A stretch of 64,000 nucleotides of DNA, from positions 729,169 through 793,168 of the forward strand of contig NMRA01000009.1 in NCBI GenBank assembly GCA_002633005.1, written 5' to 3'. Of the stretch, positions 1-11,900 are shown one piece after another (position 1 is the first letter of the stretch; every line of letters starts with the position of its first letter). The position numbers and the translations under genes are program-made. Origin of the DNA: Phoronis australis (Eukaryota; Animalia; Phoronida). Under the pieces are notes generated by a model, which worked only from the letters and a program-made list of their open reading frames with translations, did not search any database and had not been told where the DNA came from.

Positions 1-274
1 GTCTTGTTTCACACTGAGATCAATGCCATGCTTAACTAGTGTTCTCATAGTTTACTTTGCAACTGTCAGTGATTAGCTCTAAAGGATGACCTGTGCAACA
101 ACATGTTATTTGCAATGTGTAGTAGATGAATTACTCAACAGATTTACTGCTCAATTTCAAGTACATCTCAAATGCCTACATACCTCAACTATAGAATTTA
201 GGAGAGTGAAAGTGTAATCTTTAGTGACACAGTAGAAAAGCTGATGTTGGTCAACATATTATTTTTGTTTGCAG

Positions 275-344
275 GGCTAAGCGAGTGAACAGGGGCTCCT
301 CCACTCCACAGAAGCCAGCTGGCTATGTGAAGATTACAGTGTGA
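275..344 (+). CDS. Possible terminal coding exon of an upstream gene (…AKRVNRGSSTPQKPAGYVKITV*)
   Basis: Polypyrimidine tract plus CAG ends at 274; GC-richer open frame 276-341 ends in TGA 342-344; AT-rich UTR-like sequence follows. GTGAGT at 341 could instead be a donor. Product not recognised. Confidence 0.35.
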
Positions 345-1759
345 GTGATTAGGACAGTCACATGTAGGCTAGATAGAGCATTGCTGGGCCTGGTGAATTT
401 TGGGAGAAGAAATCTAATTAACTGTTTCATGCACCAGGTTTTTGAACATAATTTTAACTGAATTGTTTTAATGGTATTGCTGAGAACTCGTTTCACAACT
501 GTTACACTTTAAGGTCTGTGTGAAGAATTTTAGACGATTACAACGTGTTATAGCCTATCATGCTCAAGGTATTTATGTGTTTGTGATCCTGTCACACAAT
601 CAGTTGTAAAGCCTTGGTTGAATGGTGACAGATATGTCTTGAGCATCACTCTGAGCACATAAATGTCATAAATTGCCTCAATGGTTAGGTTTATTGACTT
701 ACTTTTGTCTGTGTCAACGCCGGAATCCTGACATGGGTGTTCTATTTGCATCTATCGTTTTTTGTCCTGTGTTTTTGTGGTTCTGTGTTCTCCCGGTGGC
801 ACTATTTGGTGCGAAAAGGCTACTTCACAAATAATTGTGCTCAAGTTTTCCTGGTGCTATCTGGATAGCCCAGTACATCTAAAATGACAAAAAAATCCAG
901 TTGCGGTCTTGTTGGATGGTGCAGGAAAGTGACAGTCTGCGAAATCTCTGCATGTTGATAAAACCATACGCAAACTGGTTTTGCAAGAACATTCTTCAGT
1001 TTGTCCATTTCAATTAATTTTTTATGCTTACTTCAAAGATTATGGAATTTAACAAAATTATATGTTGTGCCAGATTTTGATAGAATGTTACTGCAATGTT
1101 AGTAGAGTATAATGTGTAGATTTTTTAGTGTACATATAGATTTGTAATTTTTTAATTAGACAGCTTCAAACCTGCTAGAGATTGGAACTCAGATGGTTGG
1201 AAAGGGGCAAATGTACCATTTCCTTTGTTTTTGTAATTAATATACTTTTCCAATGAATAATTTTGATAATATGGATGACTAATGTAACTACTATAACGTA
1301 AACCCTCGTTGATATTCAACTCATGAACATTTGTGATGGTCATGATAATGGGACTGGTCAGGTTTTGCTTCAAAAAACTGGAATTTTACTCACATGTGGA
1401 TTGTTTGGTTGATTGTGTGAGGCTAGTGTTTTGCAAGTCTATGTTTGTACATAATATCGCCTTAATGAGTTTTATGTTATAATTATTTGTTATGTTATGT
1501 TATCTGGGTAAACAAGCTGTGTAGTATCTGATGTACAATTGTCAAAATTTGTTTTATTGTTCTTAATAAGTGGCATAAGTTCTTGAACCACAAGTTTCGG
1601 ACTCAACAATCCTGCTTTTTTCTTTTTTGCCCACAAACCAAATAACAGCAGAGATTCATACTTTATGTGTCAAATGGTATTATCACTAGTGACAATGTGG
1701 TAGACTTTGCATTTACTATCTGTATGAGTTTATTGTTAGGCATGCTGCAAATTAATATT

Positions 1760-2468
1760 TAGTGTATGGCACACTTAGTGTATGGTACGCTTAGTGTATG
1801 GCACACTTTGTGTGTGGCGCACTTAGTATATGGTATATTTAGTGGATGGCACACTTTCTGTGTGGTGCATTTAGTATATGGTATATTTAGTGGATGGCAC
1901 ACTTTGTGTGTGGTGCACTTAGTATATGGTATATTTAGTGAATGGCACACTTTGTGTGTGGTGCACTTAGTATATGGTATATTTAGTGGATGGCACACTG
2001 TGTGTGGTGCACTTAGTATATGGTATATTTAGTGGATGGCACACTTTGTGTGTGGTGCATTTAGTATATGGTATATTTAGTGGATGGCACACTTTGTGTG
2101 TGGTGCACTTAGTATATGGTATATTTAGCGTATGGCACACTTTGTGTTTGGCGCACTTAGTATATGGTATACTTAGTGTATGACACTCTTTGTGTTTGGC
2201 ACACTTAGTATATGGTATACTTAGTGGATGGCACACTGTGTGTGGTGCACTTAGTATATGGTATGTTTAGTGGATGGCACACTTTGTGTGTGGGGCACTT
2301 AGTATATGATATACTTAGCGTATGGCACACTTTGTGTTTGGCGCACTTAGTATATGGTATACTTAGTGTATGGCACACTTTGTGTTTGGCGCACTTAGTA
2401 TATGGTATACTTAGTGGATGGCACACTTTGTGTGTAGCGCACTTAGTATGTGGCACACTTAGTGGATC
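1760..2468. repeat. Minisatellite, 48-bp unit made of three diverged 16-bp subunits
   Basis: Unit tggcacactttgtgtgtggtgcacttagtatatggtatatttagtgga repeated about 14 times; it produces the 16-aa periodic spurious ORFs. Confidence 0.95.
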
Positions 2469-2663
2469 AAATCTAGTGAGGTCATTACGAACATTGAAAA
2501 GCTGAATTTCCATTCTCCAAGATGGCACTTGAGGATGCCATTATTCATCATTTGAACAATTTTCATTCCACCAACTGAAATTGTAATGTGTAAAACTGTG
2601 GTACCTTTTCTACATATTACTGTCAGTTTACATCATCCCCAAGCTGTGGGATACTAAAAAATT

Positions 2664-2735
2664 CCTGTGTCTGAATTGCCACCTGTGTCTGAATTGCCAC
2701 CTGTGTCTGAATTGCCACCTGTGTCTGAATTGCCA
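2664..2735. repeat. 18-bp tandem repeat x4
   Basis: cctgtgtctgaattgcca x4. Confidence 0.95.
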
Positions 2736-4432
2736 TGCACAGAATTTCGGCATTAATTGCCTAGCTGTCACATGAGCTACTTTTAAAATTCAGTACGTCA
2801 CTGAAGACAGTGGGGCCTTGTAGGTCAACAGTGTCTTACTAACGCCATCTCATGATTTTGGGACAAGATAATCGTGTTGGCAGCAAAACTCCAAAGGAAT
2901 GTACGATTACTTATCTGATGGCTGACCAGTGTTCACCTATGAACATTTTTTTTTCGACAATTGAGACACCTGATCTGTCTTCTGATTGGACGGCATTTGA
3001 ATGGATTAGCATCATTAAAATTTTTGCTCAGGATGTTTTCGAACTAAAATATAAACATCACTTGAGTGTTGTCATAGCTGCTTTATTTGTTGACAAGTTA
3101 TGTTAAAAGATTCAAGTCTGCATCTGTATTGCATAATGATGTTGCCCTCCAACAATTATTTCATGATCCTAGTCTGGTTTTTCGTGCACATGGACGGTGT
3201 GACCAAGATTACTACGATGCGTTCCTTTGAAGAGGTCTCTGGTCAGAAGTCGTAATTGCTTTCACACAGTGTTGTTTGGTCACTTGCTAAAATGTAAGTC
3301 TAGTTCGCAGATTGTGAGTAAGAAAACTAAAATTATCAATTATAGTAATCCATTATTTGGCAAGAAGTAGTGAAAAGTAATTTTTCCGAATAGAAGTAGC
3401 TTATAAATGTTGTATTAGTTGTACATTCAGTTTGTATTACCCGTGAGATCACTTACATACCAGGCTAATAGGGTTATATTTGTAAATAGTAATTTATACA
3501 TTTGTACATAATTTTACAATGGGCGATCTTAATTTTGATGAGTGCTACCAATGTATACTATAACAGTAGTAATAGAACAGGAGTTGGACAATAAACGTCA
3601 GTGTTGGAATCTTGTCTTCATGTTCACTTTAATATCCTAAGGATGAGTAGAAAACATGCGATCTCTCAACAATAATCAATGGGTGAAGTCCTTCATGGTT
3701 ATAAATGCTTGAACTTGATTACCAACAAGTTAAGTTGGGTATTTTTAGTATTTCTTCAGTTTGTGTAGTTGTAATAAAGAAATGAATGCAAAAGTTAAAA
3801 AAAATTAAAATTTTATGTGGTCATCAGTGGAATGCATGCTATCCACAGATGCGACAATGCATGCTGTCCAGATACGACAATGCCCAATAGTATAAAATGA
3901 ACTGTTGATGCCAGCATATATCATAGACAACACAATGTACTTTAGTTTCTAATGCCAGGCAAACAGTTCGAGATCTTGACCGCAGCCGGCACTCAGGCTG
4001 GAGTCGAGCACTGAACCAAAATAATTGACGAATCACAGCGATACAAAGTTTTCGTGATTTTGGAACAGATGAGACCGAAACGAGTATCATTTACCAGAAA
4101 GAAAATCCAGTTAGCATCACTATAATTGGATATCATTTCTGACAAAGACTCAGGTTGGAAGTCAGAGTAAAAACTTGGGTTATATATATTTACAGTTTGA
4201 CACCTATACATATTACTAGACACTAAAGTGGTTAGAAAATTAAACAATGATTCAATAAAGGGCTATAATTACCACTCAGAAATGTCAGCTCTGAAATCGG
4301 GACTGTACACAGACTGAGTAGGCTCCGACTCGGTTTCACTTGCAGAAGACACTGGTGTGTGAGTTCATACCGCCTCACGCACACAGTCTGCCGTTATGGC
4401 GAGGTCCAACTCTGTTTCACCGATGGCCTGAA

Positions 4433-4566
4433 AGTCGTCTTCACCGCCATCTTCATAATACTGTTCAAGCACGCTCTCCAAGTCGTCTTCACCGCCATCT
4501 TCATAATACTGTTCAAGCACGCTCTCCAAGTCGTCTTCACCGCCATCTTCATAATACTGTTCAAGC
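4433..4566. repeat. 48-bp tandem repeat (second array at 6483-6633)
   Basis: gtcgtcttcaccgccatcttcataatactgttcaagcacgctctccaa, about 3 copies in each duplicated segment. Confidence 0.9.
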
Positions 4567-5404
4567 NTGTCATAGCTGCTTTATTTGTTGACAAGTTACA
4601 AGATTCAAGTCTGCATCTGTATTGCATAATGATGTTGCCCTCCAACAATTATTTTGTGATCCTAGTCTGGTTTTTCGTGCACATGGACGGTTTGACTAAG
4701 ATTACTATGATGCGTTCCTTTGTAGAGGTCCCTGGTAAGAAGTCGTAATTGGTTTCACACAGTGTTGTTTGGTCACTTGCTAAAATGTAAGTCTAGTTTG
4801 CAGATTGTGAGTAAGAAAACTAAAATTATCAATTATAGTAATCCATTATTTGGCAAGAAGCAGTGAAAAGTAATTTGTCTGAATAGAAGTAGCTTATAAA
4901 TGTTGTATTAGTTGTACATTCAGTTTGTATTACCCGTGAGATCACTTACATGCCAGGCTAATAGGGTTATATTTGTAAATAGTAATTTATACATTTGTAC
5001 ATAATTTTACAATGGGCGATCTTAATTTTGATGAGTGCTACCGATGTATACTATAACAGTAGTAATAGAACAGGAGTTGGACAATAAACGTCAGTGTTGG
5101 AATCTTGTCTTCATGTTCACTTTAATATCCTGAGGATGAGTAGAACACAGCCAATTAGAAAACATGCGATCTCTCAACAATAATCAATGGGTGAAGTCCT
5201 TCATGGTCATAAATGCTTGAACTTGATTACCAACAAGTTTAGTTGGGTATTTTTAGTATTTCTTCAGTTTGTGTAGTTTTAATCAAGAAATGAATGCAAA
5301 AGTTAAAAAAAATTAAAATTTTATGTGGTCATCAGTGGAAGTCCAGTATCTGCCATTGTGTTGTTTTACACCAGCTGTGAGCCGGGGTGGTCTTGAAAAA
5401 AGTA

Positions 5405-5583
5405 ATGCCCAAGACAAGTATTATAAAAAGGTGTGTGTGCAGAGGATGCAGTGATGGCAATAGGGCTGGCCCTAAGATGGCCTAGAAATGGCACAGGTTT
5501 GTGCGCCAAAACACGGGTGTGGCAGTTGCATGGAGGACCAAGGGGCAACTTGGTACTCGGCCCATTATGAAGAATAGTGCTTC
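5405..5583 (+). pseudogene. Decayed THAP zinc-finger domain (transposase N-terminus)
   Basis: MPKTSIIKRCVCRGCSDGNRAGPKMA*KWHRFVRQ, then after frameshifts TRVWQL…YSAHYEE*CF. This fits the THAP pattern MP..C-x4-C…KW..FV…CSxHFEExCF with substitutions and stops. Confidence 0.5.
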
Positions 5584-5749
5584 GGCCGGTCGCATAAACG
5601 GATATTTGATGAAAGTTTATCCGATGTGCAAGTGCATTTGATGGACAAAAAGAGTATATTGTGTTGTATCATTACTGGAAATGTGGCTTTGAGTATCAAA
5701 GCGTCAAATTGTGGCCGAAATAATGAATGTGATTGCAGTAAGAAAGTTC

Positions 5750-6660
5750 TCATCGATATATTCTTGTTCAAGATTTTGTGGGAATGCATGCTATCCACAG
5801 ATATGACAATGCATGCTATCCACAGATGCGACAATGCATGCTATCCACAGATGCGACAATGCATGCTATCCAGATGCGACAATGCATGCTATCCACTGAT
5901 GCGTAAATGCATGCTGTTCACAGAAGCGACAATGCCCAATAGTATAAAATGAACTGTTGATGCCAGCATATATCATAGACAACACAATGTACTTTAGTTT
6001 CTAATGCCAGGCAAACAGTTCCGAGATCTTGACCGCAGCCGGCACTCAGGCTGGAGTCGAGCACTGAACCAAAATAATTGACGAATCACAGCGATACAAA
6101 GTTTTTGTGATTTTGGAACAGATGAGACCGAAACGAGTATCATTTACCAGAAAGAAAATCCAGTTAGCATCACTATAATTGGATATCATTTCTGACAAAG
6201 ACTCAGGTTCGAAGTCAGAGTAAAAACTTGGGTTATATATTTACAGTTTGACACCTATACATATTACTTGACACTAAAGTGGTTAGAAAATTAAACGGTG
6301 ATTCAATAAAGGGCTATAATTACCACTCAGAAATGTCAGCTCTGAAATCAGGACTGTCCACAGACTGAGTGGGCTCCGACTCGGTTTCACTTGCAGAAAC
6401 ACTGGTGTGTGAGTTCATACCGCCTCACGCACACAGTCTGCCGTTATGGCGAGGTCCAACTCTGTTTCACCGATGGCCTGAAAGTCGTCTTCACCAACAT
6501 CTTCATAATACTGTTCAAGCACGCTCTCCAAGTAGTCTTCACCGCCATCTTCATAATACTGTTCAAGCACGCTCTCCAAGTCGTCTTCACCGCCATCTTC
6601 ATAATACTGTTCAAGCTCGCTCTCCAAGTCTTCGTAGCTTACAAAATCACTACTATCCAA
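5750..6660 (-). pseudogene. Decayed KolX / P2X7-C-terminal-like Cys-rich accessory gene of a Kolobok-type transposon
   Basis: Frameshifted fragments in the expected order: acidic N-terminus, ADISEW, GT-AG intron 6323-6255, CQ..CK, NHENFVSL*, YAG/QQFILYYW, ACIVASV..HAFPQNLEQEY. Convergent with the THAP relic; candidate element end GTGTCCC|TTAA at 7206-7216. Confidence 0.45.
5783..5935. repeat. ~25-bp tandem repeat, about 6 copies
   Basis: atgcatgctatccacagatgcgaca. Confidence 0.9.
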
Positions 6661-8361
6661 CATTGCATTTATGCTGTCAACTGATTAACATCTTCCACTG
6701 ACGACATCACGTGGCAGAAAACCAAAAACTTGCGATTTTTTCTTTAAAATTCAAAATCTCATTTCAATTTTTTTGCTATGAAATCATAATACATCGTCTA
6801 AAATCTCAAAAAGTGTATAAAAACATTGTATGAATGCTTTAAAGCAGCTCTAAAAACACCTGCCTACCACCTCAAACACAAACAATTTAAACCACCTGTA
6901 GGTGTCAAGTTAGTCTCAATATGTTCCTTAGTCATATTGGAGGGATGGTGAGTCATTCTATGCATGAAGCACAGTCTTGAGCAATGACAAACCGTCAATT
7001 CTTTGGAACACACAAGTCGGTTCTTATCTGTCGAGTCCAATTTTATTGCGGTAAGTGGTCTAAATCAAAAGTTTACTCTTTGGACAAAATATGGCATTAA
7101 GGAATTCCAATGTGCGTACATCTCACGGGTACTGAGATAATCCGACAAATATTTAGCATCTTCTATTCTGGAGATAACGATTCACCTCAGCGACTAATTG
7201 TCTCGGTGTCCCTTAAGTCTTTTGTGTTATGCTGATTAGATGGACAGTTTGAGTTCATAAAAAGGATTAAAATCAATGTCCAGAACTTTACTCACATATG
7301 CTGCCCATTTCAAAAGTACTCTGTGTAAAGCACTGGCAGCAAATGATCTGGCACAAGAAATGAAGACAATCCACCTTGTGCAAATTGGAGTAGGCATGAC
7401 TGGTTTATTAATACAGATAAAACGCAGTTTTGTAAATCATCAGCAACCAAGATCAAATCTGTTTGATACTCAAGTTGTGTCGATCATTTCTCACTTGGAT
7501 TATAATTTTAAAGTATGCAGGTAGGTAACACCCATTAAAACATTCTTCTAGTAATAAGCAACAACTGCTCAAAGGATTTTTAATTTCTCAAACGGCTTTT
7601 GTATCAGGGTGCAAGACATCAAACATTCAAAGATATAAATCTTTCATAATGTGCTGTCACTACTAAGTTTATAGCACAAGTAACAAGCCCTGACTGATTA
7701 TCAAAAACTAAAACCGGGTTTGTTGAATGTTCAAAAAATTCCAAGTTGGTGATATTATAGTGAACAAAACTGGCTTCTTGATGAATCACTCAATACAAAA
7801 CAGTTGAAGAAGAATGCATACCTTCAAAACAAAGCAGACAGCTTGGAAGCAATTTACAAGTTGTAAGAATCAAAGCTAAAAGATGGAAATTCTTTCAATT
7901 TTTGGTCTTCTTATATTTTTCACTGATAACAGTATCACCAGATTTGCCTAATTTTCCAATATACATTTAATTTGTTTGTCCTGTACTAGTCTAATGATTT
8001 CTGGATGCTTTCACAGACCCTAAATATTGAAATGGACTTCAAAATTTTTAGAAAATTCACCCACTAAGAGCCCAGAGATTGGAAAGCGTAGTGTAACACT
8101 GTACCTTTGGATCTGCAAATGCAACACCCTCCCCCGCTCTGCTGTTTTCACTGGTGGCCCAAGTCAACAAACAATGAAAAATAATTCTACAGACATAGTA
8201 ACAAACAACGTCTCATTCATTTCAGTTATTACAGAACTTAACACAAGCATTGGACAAGTGTATGTTTGCCTGTTTCAATACCGATCAAGGAAAACAATAC
8301 AAACAACATTCACGGATGTGCTTATCAGATGAAGACGATGTGCTTATCAGATGAAGACGCA

Positions 8362-8954
8362 CTAAGCATTTGAAGTATCACTTAAGCTTTTCATCACCAC
8401 AGGAGGTCTACGAATGAGTTTAATCTTTCTTGTTGCTTGAGTCGGCTTCTCTAGCACACTATCACAGCTAGAAGATACTTTGACCACATGTCTTGTGTCC
8501 TGACTACTAGTCACTAACTCCGTCTGACGAACAACTCGCCTTGCATCACTCGTAGCAGTCACAATCTTTCGACTGTCCCCTAAGGTCAACACATCTATTT
8601 TTTGATCAATGACCTTGCTAGATACCAATTCTTTAGATTTGTCATGTTTTGCTTTGCCAAACAATGATTTGGACTCTATTAAAGGCTTAGTTTTAGTCAC
8701 CGGTTTAAGTTTAATATCTACTTCTTGTCCTTCTTTATGTTTAACTAAAGACTGAGCACTGGACGGTAGTAAAGGTTTAAGATCAAGCACAGGTTTTGAC
8801 TTGTCCACAACTGCTACGACAGGCACATTTGGCGATTCTCCATTCCCACAACTTAAAGTTGGCGCAGGTTTACGTCCAAAGGTCTTTTCTACCATCATAA
8901 CTGGCTTGTGATAATGATGACCAAGTCGGTCATGGATGCTCTTTCTCTCACCTT
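8362..8954 (-). CDS. Uncharacterised gene, terminal exon 6 (EGERKSIHDRLG…SLSDTSNA*)
   Basis: Acceptor ttttacag; phase 1 matches exon 5; stop TAG at 8364-8362. Confidence 0.85.
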
Positions 8955-11900
8955 CTGTAAAATATAAACAAATTCTGCTCATGAATTGTATTTGTAATTT
9001 TGATTGATGTAACTTGTTGAAAATGTGTCCATCTGCCAAATTTCAAAAAGAACCTGCTTTGGGTTCAGGATACATAGCAGAAGACACCAGACGGAGAGGA
9101 CGGCAATATGTGGCCTCATATGCCCATACGTGGGCACATAAAAATCAGCTTCCACAAATCAACATTTTTGCAAGAAATTTTTAGCTACACAATCACATCT
9201 GTGATTTCCATCAAAACCTATTAGACGCACGACTCAACTGTCAGAAATGAATAACTCAATATTACATTAAAGGCAAGTTCTTGGACAGAAAAGTTTCAAA
9301 AAAAAATTGTAGCATGCAACTTGAAGATCAACTTAAAAAGTTTTTGATTTTGTGTCCAAAGAGTAAGTGGACAGACAGCACATTTTTAAATTCAAAAGAC
9401 GTGTTTACATATCTATTATGACGGTAAGCATAGCAAACAACTAACCTTTATTGAAAGTAACTTTGAACGTTGAACCAGCAATCTGTTTATCATCCATTTG
9501 TTTCTTTGAAGGGCTTACACTATCGAAGCTAATGTCCACACTCTTTCTCTTAGTGACGCCATCTTTTGGAGGAGGCTCAACTCTACTAATATGTTTATTA
9601 GAAGGTACTTTTGACACCAGTGTCTCATCAGTACTCCCAAGCTGTATGTTATTGTCACTGGTGGCGCTAGTTTTCCTTTTCTGACGCAGTAACTCTCTAG
9701 CATCCTGAAAACTAGTTCTTTGTTGTTTAGATTTTTTTATTTTGGCTTTTTCAGATTTTTTCTGAAGTTTCACTGCAGTTTTATCCGAGTTAGTTTTTCG
9801 GTCCCTCGTCAAAGTCTCAACTTCAGACTTGTCCAAAAGGGGTTCAATAGTACGTACAGGAGTGACAGGTTTATCTTTAGTTACAATACTGAGCAGTGAT
9901 TTAACAACCGGACTACGACTTCTACTACGAGACACTGGCTTGTGTCCAGTCCACTTTTGGGGTACACGTTTTTGAAACTTCTGTTCACGAAATTGAGGAG
10001 TCTGCCTTTCACGATCATCACTTCTTTTACTGTTCCTCTCACTCGTCTCATTCTTCATCACTTCCGCACCTCTTTGTTTTGTCCTGTCTTTACCAGACTC
10101 CCTCTCCATCCGTTTTCTTTCACTATCTTCTCGACGTTTCTGACGTTCCATTTCCATTTCCTGTTGATGTCGTTTCCGCCTCTCAAGTTCTATGTCCTGA
10201 GTGTTCCGTTCAAATGTCTGCCGGCGACCTCTAGTGTCAGTGTCGCTATCTTCATCACCGGTACTATTCCCAGACTCTCTCCTCTCCGCAGACTCATCAT
10301 CACTGCTGTCATTTGTACTCTCACTGCACTCCGTCTTGTTCACAGTCTTTGTAGACTGAGAGGAGCTTACTTTAGTGTCAGCGCCCTCTTTCAGCTTGCC
10401 AATCTCTTTTGCCACCTCTGTTCTACCTGTCCCGCCCCTATCACCACGATGATTTCTGGCGGTGACATCAGCATTATATTTGTTATTCATATTACGATTT
10501 CTGTCTCTACTACTCGACACATAGTCAGATTTGAATTCCCCAACTCTTCTCTGGTATTTGTCCTCTCGATTGCCTCTAACTCGCCAATCACTGTCCCGGC
10601 CATCTTTCCTATAGTTTCTGTTAGAGGACCTATCTCGACTAGTCTCAGGCCTGCTCCTATATTCATCACACCTGTCACGCTTATAATCCCTTCTACTAGA
10701 GTCTACTCGACTGTTTCTACGTGAGTCATCACTTCTAGCAACATATTTCTCCTTGTAACCATCAGAGTTATAATGCTGCCTGGAGCCATTACCACTATGC
10801 TCTCTATTAACACTGCTGTATTTTTGTTTCTCACTAGGCACCCTCTGTGTGGCAGGCTTCTGTGGAATGTCTACTGTTTCATGAGGCCGAGTACTGTCTT
10901 TAACATTCTTTTTCTCACACAAATGTTTAGGGGGTTCAGCGTTTACTGTTATTTCAGATTCTATGGCCGGTTTAGTTTCAACATCGTTATCCGATCTTTC
11001 TGAACTAGACAGCTCCGATTTAGTCACATAACTGCTCATTTCACTACTTGACTCACTGTCAGACTGAGTGCTTGACTTATTGTCAGACTCAGTATTGCCA
11101 TGTGACTCATCTGAGGCATTATCCTCTTCATTTTCTCCATCACCGTCGGAGGTTTCTGATTCACTACCACCATCTTCATCAGATTCACTTGACTCATAGC
11201 GACTAAACTTGTCTTGAACTGAAGTAAGACAACAGCATGATTATGAAAATGGTTATGGTTACACTTGCATATCACATCTTTAAGACGTCAACACTCAATA
11301 CAAAGCAATAGGTCAACTTGAAATGAACACAAAGCACCAATGGCTCAGAGTGGGGCCAGACATGAGGTGCGCAATAAGAAGCACATTTCATCTGCTGAAA
11401 GCTGGATCGAGCACGCAAGTATAAAAGAGTGTCTAAGATTTCTTTAAAGCCTCGCAGCTCAGCAGTCAAAAATCAAGACTCTGTTTTTTGAGGAATGGTA
11501 ACGTCTTCATTTTTAACAGCAGACGTCTCAGGCTAAAAGGCCTTAAACAAAATTCCAAACATGCTTTTGTATCAAACAGAAGCAAAAATCATGTTCAAGT
11601 AAACACCAGCTATTTCAGAGAAAAATCAAGACATTCAGAAAAAAACTCAGTCACATGATTATGAACAGCATTTTTGTGATCTTTAAGGATTTCAACATAG
11701 TTTTATTATGAGTTAAAAAGTTACTTTAGAAATTTGATCCTTGATAACGAAAGAGAGACTACACAAAAGGCATAATTAAGGAAATGTAAATCCAAGGAGA
11801 AAACAAGAGATTCCCAGTTTCCAATTTAAAGGGACATTAATAGTATGGGTTTAGCAGTCCAAAAATGCATTTTTGGAATTATAGTTGGATTGGGTAGACT

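Larger units (their letters stand above)
3069..6620. repeat. Tandem duplication (copy A 3069-4566, copy B 4568-~6620) joined at a single N
   Basis: The two copies are near-identical; copy B has about 445 bp (5341-5784) absent from copy A; N at 4567. Confidence 0.9.

Noticed and set aside
1759-2528. Cys/His-periodic ORFs resembling zinc-finger or heme-binding repeats
   Set aside because: Translations of a 48-bp minisatellite, open on both strands, with no splice context.
9942-10724. 260-aa plus-strand ORF
   Set aside because: Antisense shadow of the purine-rich large exon.
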